From assembly GCF_004010195.1 (NCBI RefSeq), contig NC_057718.1, forward strand, positions 43,160,395-43,224,394: a stretch of 64,000 nucleotides of DNA, written 5' to 3'. The position numbers were made by a program, and so were the translations under genes. Below the pieces are notes generated by a model. It ran no database searches. It saw nothing but the letters and a program-made list of their open reading frames with translations, and had not been told where the DNA came from. Positions 38,779 to 53,193 of the stretch are shown here, piece by piece (positions within the stretch are counted from its first letter, which is position 1; every line of letters begins with the position of its first letter). This DNA comes from Chiloscyllium plagiosum. Lineage: Eukaryota.

Positions 38779-39104
38779 TGGGTGGCACGGTGGTTAGTAC
38801 TGTTGCCTCACAGCGCCTGGGACCCAGGTCCAATTCCGGCCTCAGGCTGTGTGGAGTTTGCATGTTTTCCCACGTCTGTGTGGCTTTCCTCCACATGCTC
38901 TGCTTTCAAACCACAGTCCATAGACGTACAGGTCAGGTGGTTTGGCCATACTAAATTGGTTATAGTGTCCAGGGATGTACAGGTGAGGTAGATTAGCCAT
39001 AGGAAATGCAGAGTCATAGGGGTGGGGGGTTGGTCTGGGTGGGATGCCCTTCAGAGAGTTGTTGTGGGCTTGGTGGGGTGAATGGCCTGCTTCCACACTG
39101 TAGG
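38779..39104 (+). mobile_element. tRNA-derived V-SINE (HE1-like), near full length
   Basis: tRNA-like head ggtggcacggtggttagtactgttgcctcacagcgcc...ggtccaattcc, V-domain tgtgtggagtttgcatgtt...tttcctcc, CR1-like tail gaatggcctgcttccacactgtagg. Confidence 0.9.
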
Positions 39105-40944
39105 CCTGCTTTCCCTTTGCCCTGACAAAACATCACTAACCTCATCAGCCTGCTTGTCCTGTCCTTTTTAGCAGTTTCTCTGTTGGCTTGTTTAAAATGA
39201 AAAATATACTGAACAAATTCACAAGCAGTCTGTCAAACTTTCTGATTCAGGACAGGTATATGGAATTAGAGGACTGAGGTAATTGAGGTTTTGAAACCAA
39301 AATAGAATAACTAATGTATTTTAACAAATTAAGAGAGGATGTTAACATGTAATGTAAGTATAGAAAGAGCAACCAACTCTAAATTCGTAGGCACAGTTTT
39401 AAAATGCTGCAATCAGACAGTAATTTATTAAATTAACTACGAAAAAGACTTAATCTTAACAATGTTACATAATTATAGAAGTTATATTTCACACTGCTTA
39501 GAAGTATTCATTAAAGGAAGAATCTGAAGAAACTAAATAATTGAAGACTTTTTTATGCATGTCATGCTACAAGATCGCAGCACTGGAGAACATTGGTGGA
39601 ATTTGAGTTTATATTTGTATGTTATAGAATTTATGCTTGTGGGAAGTGCTGTGTAAAAGGAAGGATTTTTTAAAAAAGTCTGATCATAATGCTGTAAAGC
39701 AGGAAATATTGATTTATAATAAGACTTAAAGTATCCAGATACTTCCTGTAAATTGGATGTACTCCTCACTGAGTGCTATATTCCACTGTTGCATCTACAT
39801 AAGTTACGTAGTTGGATATTTATATATACAATTTTATTCATCATTTTTCATTCTAATAACATATTGTAGTAAGCCATTCACAGTTCCAATATCTTTAATG
39901 AAACATTTTTAATGCCAAGCATCTGATGGGATACCATGAATCATGAGCTGGGGTTTTACTGGGTGCAGGAAGTGGGTAGGAACAGCATGACTGTGTGTGT
40001 TGGGAAGGTAAAATTAAGTGGGATGGCAGGGGTGATGTGCTTATTGCCTGCACATTGCTGGTGTTTTGTCATTGTCAGGGAAGGGAGCAGGCAGCCCAAG
40101 TCACCTTGGGCCAATTGAGGTATCTTCGGGCACATTGAGGGCTACCTTAGAACTTCTTTCCATTGCCATTGGTATTTTTCAATCATGGATGGAGACTTGG
40201 CCACAAGGGGTGCCACTTGTTTGCTCAGGCAGCCTCCTCAGGAGTGAGCCAAATTGATCAGGCATTTAATAGTCCAGGGAAGCCCAAACTCACCTTGTGA
40301 AACAGGCTGCTGAAATATCCCACTCTTGCGCTCTGTCCTAATGACTGACCATTGTCACACTCTTCCCCAACTTTCTTGGGCCTGCCTGAATGGTCCGAAC
40401 ATTTTCCACAGGACCATTCATGCACAGGGGCCTTCAGTCTTGTAGATGCTCCAGGCCAGTTGCATTACCAGCAATGATCACTATTCCTGATGGCACTGCT
40501 GCGACTGAAGAGTTATCAACCATCTGATTATCTGACAGCTCTTCTGGTGGACTTTATTCCTTAAAGGAGTAAATGACACAAATTTAGATAATTCATGACC
40601 TGATGATCATAAAATGCAGTCCCTGACTTTCTGGTCAATGGATTAGGCTATGGCTACCCTGAAAAATGTTGACAATATGGCTTACATTGTAAATTCAAAC
40701 TTGTGTAAATATTTGGGCAGCCCAAGATGGAACTTATTTTCTCATTCTTTTGTCAAGTGATCAATCTGCAGTGCTCATTAATTTATTTCTCAATGGAATC
40801 AAATGCCTAAATATGACCCTTATACATAAAGCAATTGAAAGTGGTCGACATAAATGGAACCAAATTATTAAATTACACCCACCATCTTGTCCTGGCATTA
40901 AAGCTGCTCTTTTATTTGTATCCAGACAAAAAGTCACATGTAGA

Positions 40945-41601
40945 GAAGGTAGTTAGAAGGCGATTAGCACGCTTGCCTTCATTGCTCAAACCTTTGAGTA
41001 TAGGAGTTGGGATGTCATGTTAATATTATTATACAGGTCATTGGTGAGGCCTCTTCTGAAATACTGTATGCAGTTCTGGTCACCCTGCTATCGGAAGGCT
41101 ATTTTTAAATTGGGGAGGCTTCAGAAAATATTTACCAGGATGTTGCTCGGAATGGAAGGTTTGAGTTATAAAGATAGGCTGGGTAGGCTAGGCCTCTTTC
41201 CACAGGAGCGTGAGAAGTTGAGGGGTGACCTTATAAAGGTTTATAAAATTATAAGGACATAGATAAGGTGAATAGCAAGGGTCTTTTTCCCTAGGGTGGG
41301 GGAGTTCAAAACAAGGGGGTGTACTTTTAACATGAGAGGAGAAAGGTTTAAAAAGGACATGAGGGGCACCGTTTTTACACAGACAGTGTTTAGTGTGTGG
41401 AATGAACTGCCAGAGGAAGTGGTGGATGGAGATACAGTCACAACATTTAAAAGATATTTGGATAAGCACATGAATAAGAAAAGTTTGGAGGGATATGGGC
41501 CAAACGCAGGCAGGTGGGACTACTTTGGTTTGGGAATACAGTCGACATGGACTAGTTGGACCGAAAGGTCTGTTTCCATGCTGCCTGATTCTGTGACTCT
41601 A
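40945..41601 (+). mobile_element. CR1-clade LINE 3' fragment in ESRRG intron 1
   Basis: [43 protein letters not shown]; tail ctgtgactcta. Confidence 0.93.
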
Positions 41602-44600
41602 AAGAAACAATATGGTAGTTTCATCCTCTGTTAATCAGACAGATCAAATATTATGACAATATCTATTTTAAGACTTAGCCTGTACCTTAGTTTTCCACAT
41701 TGCCCTTGTGCATGTATGTTTTCGTCTTGACCATTGTTGGGTCAATGCAGAGATGGGGTATTGAAGTACCCAATGAAGAATTTATATTTTAAGCAGCATC
41801 TACTTCATTGACATAAGTAGACCTTCTGAGACTGAGTTAGATGGCAAATTTATTGTCAATCCTTTGGCACAATTATTGCACCTTGAAAAGAAAACTCCCT
41901 TGCATGTTTCTGCAAAAATGTAATCAATTTCAATTTTGTACCAAAATTGTGCACTCTTAAAAGGTGGAACCAAGCATTGTTGTTTGGACTGAAAATACTT
42001 GGAGCGTGCAATCCAGTCCAAACAAACTTCAGTGCCATTAAAATTAAAGTTTCTGCTCAAGATGCTATACATCCCAGCTATCTTTGAAGATATGTGTTTT
42101 GACACATTTGCTCTGGTTGCTTCCTACCATTGCCTTTATACCTCTAATATTTTAATATTTATCACCACGAGGATAAGTGCTGTTACAAGCAATGCATTAA
42201 GTTATTTACTTTTATATAATTGCCAAAAAGTTTTGTGAGGAATAAACCCCTGTATGTTATACTAGCACATTTTATTTAACAATCAAATTTAACAAATAAA
42301 TCCAGCCTTTCCTTTGCTAAAACGAGGAAACTATTTCTACGTGTGCTTTATCACTTCAAGCACACAGGACGCAATATAGAAAATAGAAGGTGAGAACAAT
42401 GCTACCAGTTGAGTGGATTATTAACATTGTACTGAAAGTGATGTGAAACGATATAAAATCAGATATAGTGGTAAAGTCTGTGTATATTATATTTTATGTA
42501 CATGTATATTATTTTCAGAGCTTACAGTAAAATATTGTTGAAAATGTATATTATAAATTACTCAGAGCTGAACTGATTAAAGCTATAAGTAATGCAGTGG
42601 CTCTGCCACTTATAGCAATGAGGTTTTAGATCCTTTATGGTGGGATTTAAGAGGCTTTATTTGGAAATCTTCTCAAAGCTAGCCACTGAGTTAGAATTTG
42701 AACATTCCATTTTTTAAAAAAAGTAAACAATAAGTCAAATTTGATTTTGAGTCATTTGTTCTAGCAGATGGCCTTCTTCAGATTTAAGATGCTTTACAGA
42801 TGGGAGTCGCAGCAGCCTGTCCTGCCACAGCTACCTCTGTCGGTTGATAGATGGGTATAAATCTCAACAATCCTTTCTTGACAACCAATTTATAGAATCT
42901 GATCTGGTTAAAGACATGTCTTTCATACTCGAGCCACAGGAAATAGGCTTTTTTTTTACAGTCTTGTTATACCCTATCAGATTCTCCTCTTAATGAAATT
43001 GGCTTTAATTACACGCTTGTTCCATCTCTCTGTGACCCCTCTAAATGTACATGTGTGAGAAGACCCCTGGATTTTACCCCACATGAATTCATTAGGAGCC
43101 CTGATGGTTCTTAGTCTGACTGACATCTTTATTACTAAATCCAAGTGCATAAAATCACCTTGTCACAGTGTCATCATAAAAAAAAGCGAAGGTGGTTACC
43201 GTGGAGTATTTGAAACGGGACCTAGGACAATCAGTGTATTAAGTCGGTATCTTAATGGCAGTAAAATCAAATGTGCCAACAACTTCACGACTCCCTGCTG
43301 CTGGCTGACAGCATGGTGCAAGATGCTAGGGCTAAACATTCAGTTAAACAGTGATTGTGATGAAATGCCACTCCATGCTTAGCACAAAATCTGAACAGGT
43401 GTAGAGCTTGGTTTTTCTTTGCGGGCTGCAGGAGTGTCACAGTGAAACACATCCTGTGTATTTTATTTCTGAAGTATGTGGAAGTGTGAATGAAATCCTA
43501 CGCCAGACTGTGCAATACGTTGTGTGCTCATTTTATTCAAATCTACTATACTACACAACAGCAGTCAATTTTAGAGAAAAGAAAAGCATGTTTTTAAAAA
43601 CATTGTGAGAGAAGAGGTATTTCAGTTGAATGGCAGTATAGTTCATGGGAAAATGTTTTTATTAGGGACCATTTTCCGAGATACTATTTGATTGGCAGTG
43701 ATATCTGTTTAGTGAGGACACCTGAATATAAGGGACACTTTCATTTTTAGTCTCTTACACAGGAGTTGTCATAGAGTTGAAATCTATGTACAAGAAACAA
43801 ATAGCAGCAGTTAAAGTACTTGTACCAGTATAAAAGTATATGTTTTCTTTGTTTGCTAACATGGATTTAAACATTAATAGTTATGGTCCCAAATAAACCT
43901 GGTGTCATGGCAGGATTTTCATTTCTAGTCTGCCTTCTCAATTTTATTTTCCTTTTCTTTGTGTTTAATTCTTTACCTTCCTCAGTTTCCTTTCCTGAAA
44001 TAAACACTTTTAAGATTCAAATTTGAGGTCAAGTGGCCATTGTTTCCCGATTGGCCAGGCCCCCTCTTCTACTCAGTGGAATTTTGGTTATACTACACAA
44101 ACAGGAATATGATCAAAGCCTAGAAAAAATACACAGCATTCCAGCCTCTTATTGCTTTTGTTAGTGAAAGTGATAGTAGTAAATCTGGATGGTGGGTGGC
44201 TGCTTTTGAATCATCAGTGGTACTGATGTGCTGCAGTACAACATGTCACAAATGCTATGAAGATGCAGACCTATGGAGCAACTTCATTAGTAGCCAATAT
44301 TGTTGAAAGCTTTTTTATTCCCATTTCTTCATTTGGTTGCAGAACTGAAGGACATAAAGAAAACCTTTGAACTGTTACTTCCTGCACTCAGTTTCTTCTT
44401 TGAAATAATTAGAAAATCTAGGTAGGCAGGTTAGATTTATTTGATCTGGGCTTCTCTCTACTCTGTGCAGAGATTCTGAAACCGTGACCAATGTCCTTTA
44501 ATATTAAAAGGTTAACTTCAGTTTTCATCAAATTTACAAAAAGAAAAATATGCTGAGATTATTACTGTTTGAACAGCATCAAAGTGGTGAATTAATGCAG

Positions 44601-47600
44601 AAGGAAAAGTGAATTTTGCTTTTCCAATCATAGATCCTGATCTTTCTTAATATAAAGCACATTTTGACTTAACCTTCACTGGTTTTTGTAAAACAAAATA
44701 AGGAAAGTGAGGTTGTATTTACAGAAATGACAACACTTCTGTTGTATGTAACTGAATATGATTGCACTCTGCAAATTGGCAGATGCAATAGAGAAAGACT
44801 TGTGAACTTTATTTGTAATGGTTCGACCATTGGTATCCTTCCATCAATTGTAGGATGCTGCTTAATTGACATGCATCAGAAATTGAGTAGGTGGGACAGT
44901 TAGTGAACAGGGCGAAGAGATAAATCTGCTAAGATTCCTAACATTCTATAAACAATGGGATTTTACAACAGTTACTTAATCGAATTGAGTTGGTTTATAT
45001 TTGTTCTTGCAAGGAGGTGGGATAGAAATCTTGAGCTCTGTTTAAATTAATTGTCTTTTTCGTTTGCTGGATTAAAGTTTGTGGAAACATTTTCACACAG
45101 TAATATATTAATATGGACTATATTTGTTTGTGTCAGTTGGGCTCTTTAATCAGAAGTGAAATTAATACCATGACAGCAGTTTGGATCCAACAATAAAATA
45201 TGGTTCAAACATTGTTTCTGTCTGACATGCTGCATTGGTTTGATAGCAAAAGCATATAGACTGCTGTTGTGGAGTAATTTTACAGAATATTAGAGTAAAA
45301 ATTGCATTAATGAGCTTCACTATTTTCATCAGCATTTGGAATGAATAAAATTAAATTAGAAATTTAAAAATAGAATCAAGAAGGATGATTATTATCACCA
45401 TAACTGCATCCATTCCCAATGAACAGAATCACACATCACAGATCTCGACCTGTTACAGATGGGAGATATTTTTTCTTGTCCATTATGCAAGATTCTCCAA
45501 TCTGCACTTGACCCTTTCTAATTTATCTCTTTCAGACAATGTGTTCGGCTGCATTATAGCAAATGTCATTTGCTTTATTGTTGTATTTCAATAGCCACTT
45601 TCTTGCCAGGAGAGTAAAAGACTGCGGTATGCTATTAAGAGGATTGTGTGACATTATGTCAAATTCTGATGAGTGGTTGCAGTATTTAGCTCCTAGTTTT
45701 CCTCTTAACTCTTCTTGCTGTAATTTCTGTAGTTTGCCAAGTTTAACTCTTTGAATTCCAAAACATTCTTTGCACTCTACCAATGACTTTAATATAGTAA
45801 TATTGTATTCCCTGTCCTTCATTGTAGCAACTGACAATGTATGTGGAAGTAATTTAAAAATACATGCATGATTTAAGAAAAAAGGGAGTGCATTTTTAGA
45901 ACAGCGCATTGCATTTTGTTCCCCTTTCTGACCGCCTGCTCCTCATTTCATTGATGCTCTGGAATTTAGTCCCAACCTCCAGAAATCTCAGATACAGCTA
46001 TAAAATGCTGTTGTTGCTGGAATAAAGAAGTGTTCTCTCCTCACCACTATGCCTTAATGCAATGATGATATGTTTGCTCTGGCAGTTGACAAGCCATTGT
46101 ATCATTTAGATTTCATAATGACACCTTGTCACACTGAAATGGTCATGTTTTCCCAAATCATATGTTATAGTGTTGATTCCTGACACACTGTATCAGCTAG
46201 ATGTGCTTTCTTTCCCTTGTCCAAGTTGAATGCAGTTTGGTGCCATTTTCCTATTGACTGATCCATATTTTGGCACCTTGTGTAGAGAGTACAATTAGTT
46301 CAAGCAGAAAAGTGAATTACAGTGTGTTCTTCAAAGCAGAAACGTTAACATTGTAGCTGGATTCTTTCACTGGAGCACAAAAGAATTACAGTGATTACTT
46401 TCAGAACTGCTAATCTAAATTCAGAGAGGGTTGCTCCCTCAGTTTGCAGAATCTTTTCAGAGCAAGAAAAAAAATGCATTTGAATGAGATGGAGAAGGGA
46501 ATTGATTCATAAGAATGTCTTCAAATAACATTCAGTTCAGATAAAATAACTTGCTAGTTGTAAGTTGCCACATGTCCAAAATCTGGTTGAGTCTCATGAA
46601 ATGCAGTGCTTTTCAAAATCTATTGTAAATGTCACTATTTTGAAAGTATCTTGTGCAACTATTACTTTTAAAATTTTATTTTAAATAACAAGTGTTTTGT
46701 TGAAACTAATTACTATCCTGTATCCAAGGAGGAACAGTTAGGAAACCACATAATTCTAAAAGGGATCTTTATTGTCTTGAGTTTGTGGTTTGCAAGGATG
46801 TTTCTACTTGCTAAGCAGTACGTTTTGGTCTGTTTACGTGTTGGAAGATTGAAAATGGAGACAACCATGTCCATTTTGTCTAATTTTCACAGTAGAAATT
46901 ATATTGATAAATTTGGAAATATAGTCTAAAGACAGTCAGTTCTTTTTTAAGGCAACCTCATGTTATAGAAAATCATGCTTTAGAAACAGCGTTTTAAGTG
47001 TTGGTGCTATAATCGTGTTACAACCAAAAGACATTTGAAAAGTTTGCACTTTAGAAACAACGTCCCCAATTCATCAATTATATTACAGCAAATTCACGGT
47101 GACAAAATGCGAGTTATAACAGAAGGATCTGTATTTGTAAAGTGCGGCTCTGTTTGTCAGGCATCATTTATTTAGTTACTTTTGGCATGTAAGCTGAAAT
47201 ATTTTCTAAAAATTTGACAATTTTTAACAGTTTTAACAACTCAGTACATTATCTCATTTAAAGTGATCATCCAGTTTGGAAAGTACAGTGCCATTTGTAT
47301 GACTGCATTGACTTCATATTGTTTTGAGAAAGGATAAAGGGAGGACTTATTTTCTTCCATTTACTTGCTTCTTTATTGATGACTTGCCACCTTGGGAAGG
47401 TATCTTGGTCCATGTCATTAGGACCTACATGACCATACACAATCACTGAAGCATAAAGAGCTCAGTGCTACCATTTTCTCTTTTTCCCTGCCCGAAATTC
47501 ACTTAGCTGAGGCAATATATTCATGTCGAACCATTAACAAGCATTTAAGCTAATGCAGTACAGGTCAGAAGGAAAATAGCACATTCACTGCGTTTTTAGG

Positions 47601-49510
47601 CCATTGTCAAACTTGAAGCTTATCAATAAATTGTCAAAATCACACATATTTGTTCTTATATCACTTAAAATTGATCAGTAATACAGAGTTCAAGCCTCTT
47701 GTAGAACCTGCCGTGCACTATCGATGTTAAAATCTTTAGGAGTCATCAAACTTAAAGGGAAATCCAAAATGTTTCAGATGCCAGTGGATAATGTGATATA
47801 ATGTACTCCTCATCAATGGATATGCATGTAACCAATGAGGTTATTTATTTTTATGTTTTGCTTTCATTTTAATCTTATCCTAAACACGTTTATCTTTCAA
47901 TATATTGTTTTGAAACATATGAAAACATATTCAACACATTTGCAGACAGAATAGTTCCAATACCTGGAGGTAGATAATGTTCTCATTGCAAGTAGATACC
48001 CTGGGGAAAACCGAGCAAATGAAGGAAATAACTTGTAATGGCACTACTTCATATTTTGCTATTAGTTACCTGATTGCACCTTAACCAATAATAAGTTGAA
48101 AATAAGGCTATAAATGCACATCTTGTTTTGAGTAGAAAATATCATGCACCTTGCAATTAGTTAATTGCATTTGGTCATTCATTTAATTCAAGGTTTCTAT
48201 AGTTGTTTTTTGTATTTATCTTCAACAGATTATTGGATGTCTTCTTCAAACATTATAGTGTGTTATAGATTTCTCTTTGTTCATATAAGACGGTGTTAAA
48301 GCATCGAACTGTTCTTTCTGTCCAGCTCTGGTGTGGTATCAGAGGGACATTCTTTACAAGACTGCAGGAGTCAAAAACCTTGCCTGCAACAAATTTTCCT
48401 TGCAGGCAGTACTTTAATGAGAGCAGTAATTAATTGATATCTCTCCCATCCCTTGACTACCACTCGGGGCAAAGAGTGGGGATTAAATTTTTCCCAAGTC
48501 AACATTAGAGAGAGCTGAATGTGCATTGACTTACAACAGCTCTGCGAATTCCTCTAATTTAGAGTACTTACTCTTCCACTTATTACATTGTAATTACTCC
48601 TCTCCAATACATTATGTTCACAGACTTCAGTTTGAAATTATTAGTGCACTCTCCCTCTCTCCCCTTGAAATTCCATGGCTCTATTAATGTGGGATTGGAA
48701 CATGCGCAACTATCTATAAATTCAGTTGTCAGGTGCTGGGTTTTTTTCTGGTCTGCAGTTGAATTTAAAATTAGAGGCACTAAAATTCACATTAGCAGCA
48801 AGAGCAATGGAATTCTAAAAACTATATTTAACAAAGAAAACCTTTTCTGTCAGAAAAAAGCTATTTGGGAGGTTATGATCTTATCCTTTTGTGGGTGAAG
48901 AATTGACTTCATTCCATTTTGTGCTGTCAATGCAAAATTTGATGTCACTCTGCACCGAGCACCGAGATTTGGTTGTGTTTTTCAAATGGGGGTTAATTTG
49001 TGTCAATTGAAAAATTATTCAATCAATCTTTGGGGATTTTTGTCATTGTACTTTTTTTGTTGCAAGTTTCCCATTAGCATTTTGAGACAACTCTCATTTA
49101 AATCTCAAAGTCTTAACCATGTAATTGCTTCAACTCTATTTTGCCTAGCATAGCTATGCTTTTAAAATCTTGCCTTTTTCTTTGAAGCAACAAGGCAGAA
49201 ACAGATTATATTCAGATAGCACATATTTTTAACTGTTGCATAGTGACTCGTAGAATTTGAATGAGAGAAATTATATTGTGGAGGGAAGCAGTTCATACTG
49301 ATTTCTTCTCCCCACCTCCTCATTCCCCCACCCCCACCTTTAAGTTTTGTTTACCACCTGTCTCCAGCTTTGATAAACCTCTGTCATGCCCTTATGCTGA
49401 TTATGTTCGTGTAGAACAACTTGTATTGACTAACGAATGAATGATGCCTGGTCCCTTGCCTATCAGAAAGCCCCTAAAGAATGTTGTTTTTAATTCAATG
49501 CTTTTCACAG

Positions 49511-49923
49511 GCTTCTCTGCAGAATGTCAGCCAAGGATCGACACATTGATTCGAGCTGCTCATCATACATTAAGACAGAGCCATCCAGCCCTGCTTCACT
49601 GACAGATAGTATCAATCACCACAGTCCAGGTGGCTCCTCGGACGCCAGTGGGAGCTACAGCTCCACTATGAATGGACACCAGAATGGCCTGGACTCTCCC
49701 CCACTCTACACGACGACCAGCTTGGGCAGCAACGGCAGCTCCCGTAAACGGTACGATGACTGTTCGAGCACTATAGCCGAAGACTCGCAGACCAAGTGCG
49801 AGTACATGTTGAACTCCATGCCCAAAAGATTGTGTTTGGTCTGCGGCGACATAGCATCAGGATATCATTATGGTGTTGCTTCCTGTGAGGCCTGCAAAGC
49901 ATTCTTCAAGCGCACTATACAAG
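49511..49923 (+). CDS. ESRRG: ESRRG coding exon 2 (A/B domain and first C4 zinc finger); internal ATG 49524 starts the short isoform
   Basis: Acceptor cttttcacag|G, donor CAAG|gtaata. Encodes [66 protein letters not shown]...[30 protein letters not shown], including the ERR P-box CEACKA and the [12 protein letters not shown]/phospho motif. 413 nt. Confidence 0.98.
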
Positions 49924-52160
49924 GTAATATTTCTTTCCGATTCTTTCCTAATGTTCTTACATTTTTGAGTAAAGATAAAAAAAAAGTTATGACGCACATT
50001 AGACAAGGACTCTATGGTGCGCTCTTAGTTTCAGCACTAATGAAACAACTTTGTTTTATTCAGGTTCTAATTAGTTAACTGATCAGTTTCCTCAGGAATG
50101 CTGGAGTTCTTTCTTCCTCCAATATTCCATTTAATAATTTCCACTGATTTTAGCCAGAAGCGGCTAATTATTTTCAATCAGATTTAAGCAGAAAAATAAC
50201 AGCTTAAATGTTTAAAAAAATGCTTTATCCAGTCACTACTTCCCTGTACTTCTGAAAAAAGACACAGACTTAAAAGAAAAGATATTTACTGACTTTCTGC
50301 ATTGTTCTTGTTCTATAACTGTGATTTGTCCATACTAAAATTTAGCCAATCTTTTGCAGTTCTTAGCAAAAAAGAACAACTTTATTCTTCTTTTATTTAA
50401 ATGTTTATCACTAATTTCAATATATCTTTCCTATCTGTTGACTAAAAATTGAAATTGCTACATAAATATCTTCCTTTGTGGAAAAACTTGCTCAATTGTT
50501 TTCTATCATCTAAGATGAAAATGAGCAGTTAATGGTGTGTACAGTAATTAATGACTAGTTAATGATGCATATAATAATTAATGATGGTGCTAGGAGATTG
50601 AAACTTCAAAATAATTTTTGAAAGAATACTTTTTCACATCATATTTCTCACAGGTAAGTTTTACGATTAACAATGTTACCTGCTCCATCTAACCTTTCAT
50701 TTGCCTGATTTCTGTATAAGGCATTCACATAAATTATGATGAGATAGAATTATTTTAAAAATATCATTTGCAATTTACCAGAACCTTGGCTCTGAATAGT
50801 TTTTGTATTCTTTGTATCATCTGTCGGATATCAATTTGATAGCATCAGCCATATAATTCTAACTTTTTTTGACATGAAATATGATTTCTTATCTGAACAT
50901 GTGGTTAAATTTAAGATAGCTGGAATTTCCTATTCTTGCACAATATTTAGTGCTTACGCGACCTTATAATACATGTGGCAGCACAATGCACAGCACAAAA
51001 CTATTGCAACGAAGCTCTTACTCTCCAGTAATACCTGAATTCATTAGATTACTACATTTATAGTAGTGCATCACCATTTAATTTCTCAGAGTATCTACAG
51101 GTAATTAGGTTATAATGGAATCAGTATTTGGTCACTAATTTTGTTTTTTGCTCAGCATCTCTTACCTCTGGCCACATTAGTGTCTACTGTGCTTAGTGAT
51201 ATTGGTCTGTTCGATGCACCATCATTGCCCCATATGCTACATTATGCAGACCAATTGCTGTTTCCATTTATGTGGCTATGAAGGCACTTTTACAGCAAGT
51301 TACAGATTGCATCTCACCATAAATGTTTCCGTAAATGGACCCCAGTAGATTTTCCTAATTCTTAATATCCTCAATTAAGCAAATATAGATGAGAGCGAAA
51401 GAATATTTTATACTAAAAGAAAAATACTAAAACTTCTGGACCATATGCCAGTTTCCTGCTGGTAACATTAATGGCCCTCTCTATTCAAAAAAACCTTTGT
51501 TTTTAAAGAATATTTATGTATACATTGTTAAGCTTTTTAATATTTTTATTTCCTGCTGTATAAATTGTACAGTTTTCATCTGCTGGATACCAGTTGAATT
51601 GTAACATTTTCTCCTAAGGAGTATGTTTATGTGAATAGATTTCTTTCCCAGATCTGTTGTTTTATACAAGGTTTTACATTGAGTGAGGAGTTTTCAGTGT
51701 TTAGTCTCTTAGTGTTCCACTAATCTGTTATTTAATGAGGAAGCATCGGCTCAGAGAAGGGTAGTCAATATAAATCAGTGTTTACAAAGTGTGATTAACT
51801 CTGAAATATTTCATCAGAGCTGCTGTCCCAGGTGGATGCGGTGCTAATTACAGGGAGTTGCATATGTTTCTAGGGGAATGTGATGGACCCTGAGTACTGC
51901 TAACATGTAGTATCAAGGTTACAATTACACTCACTGCCAACCTGCCTTGTCTGCACTAGCAATTTATGCACTCTGTGTGATGACCCTCCTCTCCAGAGGA
52001 CAATAAACAAAATGCATTTTCATTAAGACACTAATGTATTTAACCACAGAGGACCAGAGAAGGATGGGGAGGAGGGTAGGGAAAAGAGCAAAGAGAGGGA
52101 GAAAGAGTGGGACCGATTTGAGAAATCAGCAGATATCCCAGCTCTGTGTTCTCAAAGTAG

Positions 52161-52421
<261 letters not shown>

Positions 52422-53165
52422 TAAGAAAAGAAACTTAAATATTTTAGATTCTACAGTATAATGTAAGATGCAGTAATGTTTCTTTGGATTTTATTTTGTT
52501 TTATCACTTTACTTACAACTGAATAGACAACATGACACCTTTTAATGCAATTAAATGTGTTATATGCAGTCTTTGCAAATCTGCACAGGTAAGTTAAATA
52601 CAACATATAAACCAGATATATATTTATAGTAATTTGACATATGTGCAGCTGGTATAAAAATCTTTCTTCATTAAAACTTATTTCATTGTATTCAATATAA
52701 ATTGACTAAATGGTATTTGTTGTGGGTGATGTACCATAAATAACATTGAAAAATGTAAATAATTGTAATCAAAATAGAGATTCAGTGATTTTATTAAACT
52801 GATTGATTATTTCAGCAGCAAAAATTTTTGAAAATTGGTTTTTTGACTTTTTCTCCACATGTTTATTTACGTATAGAATCTGACTGAATAAAGAGGCTTC
52901 TAGTCAAACAGTGTTCTTCCAGTTACAAGGTAGAGAGTTCAAATCCAGTTTTATTTCAACTTGCTTCTTAATTCCTGGCAGAGTTCACCAGACGGAAGAC
53001 TACCCGTGAAAATGAGACATTCAATCCTGAGCTCATGGGGGTGGAAAGACTTTGTGGTGGGAAGGAGTGGAACTGATGCAGGCTAGGTTCCCCCTGCCTG
53101 AATTTCACCTCTTGACCAATCATTCACAAAGCTGTGTTTATTACAGTCACATCGATGTCTGACTG

Positions 53166-53193
53166 ACATATATACACACACACACACACACAC
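53166..53193. repeat. (AT)n(AC)n microsatellite
   Basis: acatatatacacacacacacacacacac. Confidence 0.9.

Noticed and set aside
38779..38845. tRNA gene
   Set aside because: Degenerate tRNA-derived SINE head that continues into the V-domain; no intact cloverleaf.
49924..50078. C-terminal part of the 184-aa ORF ([10 protein letters not shown]...)
   Set aside because: Read-through into intron 2 past the canonical donor at 49924; ERR similarity resumes in exon 3.
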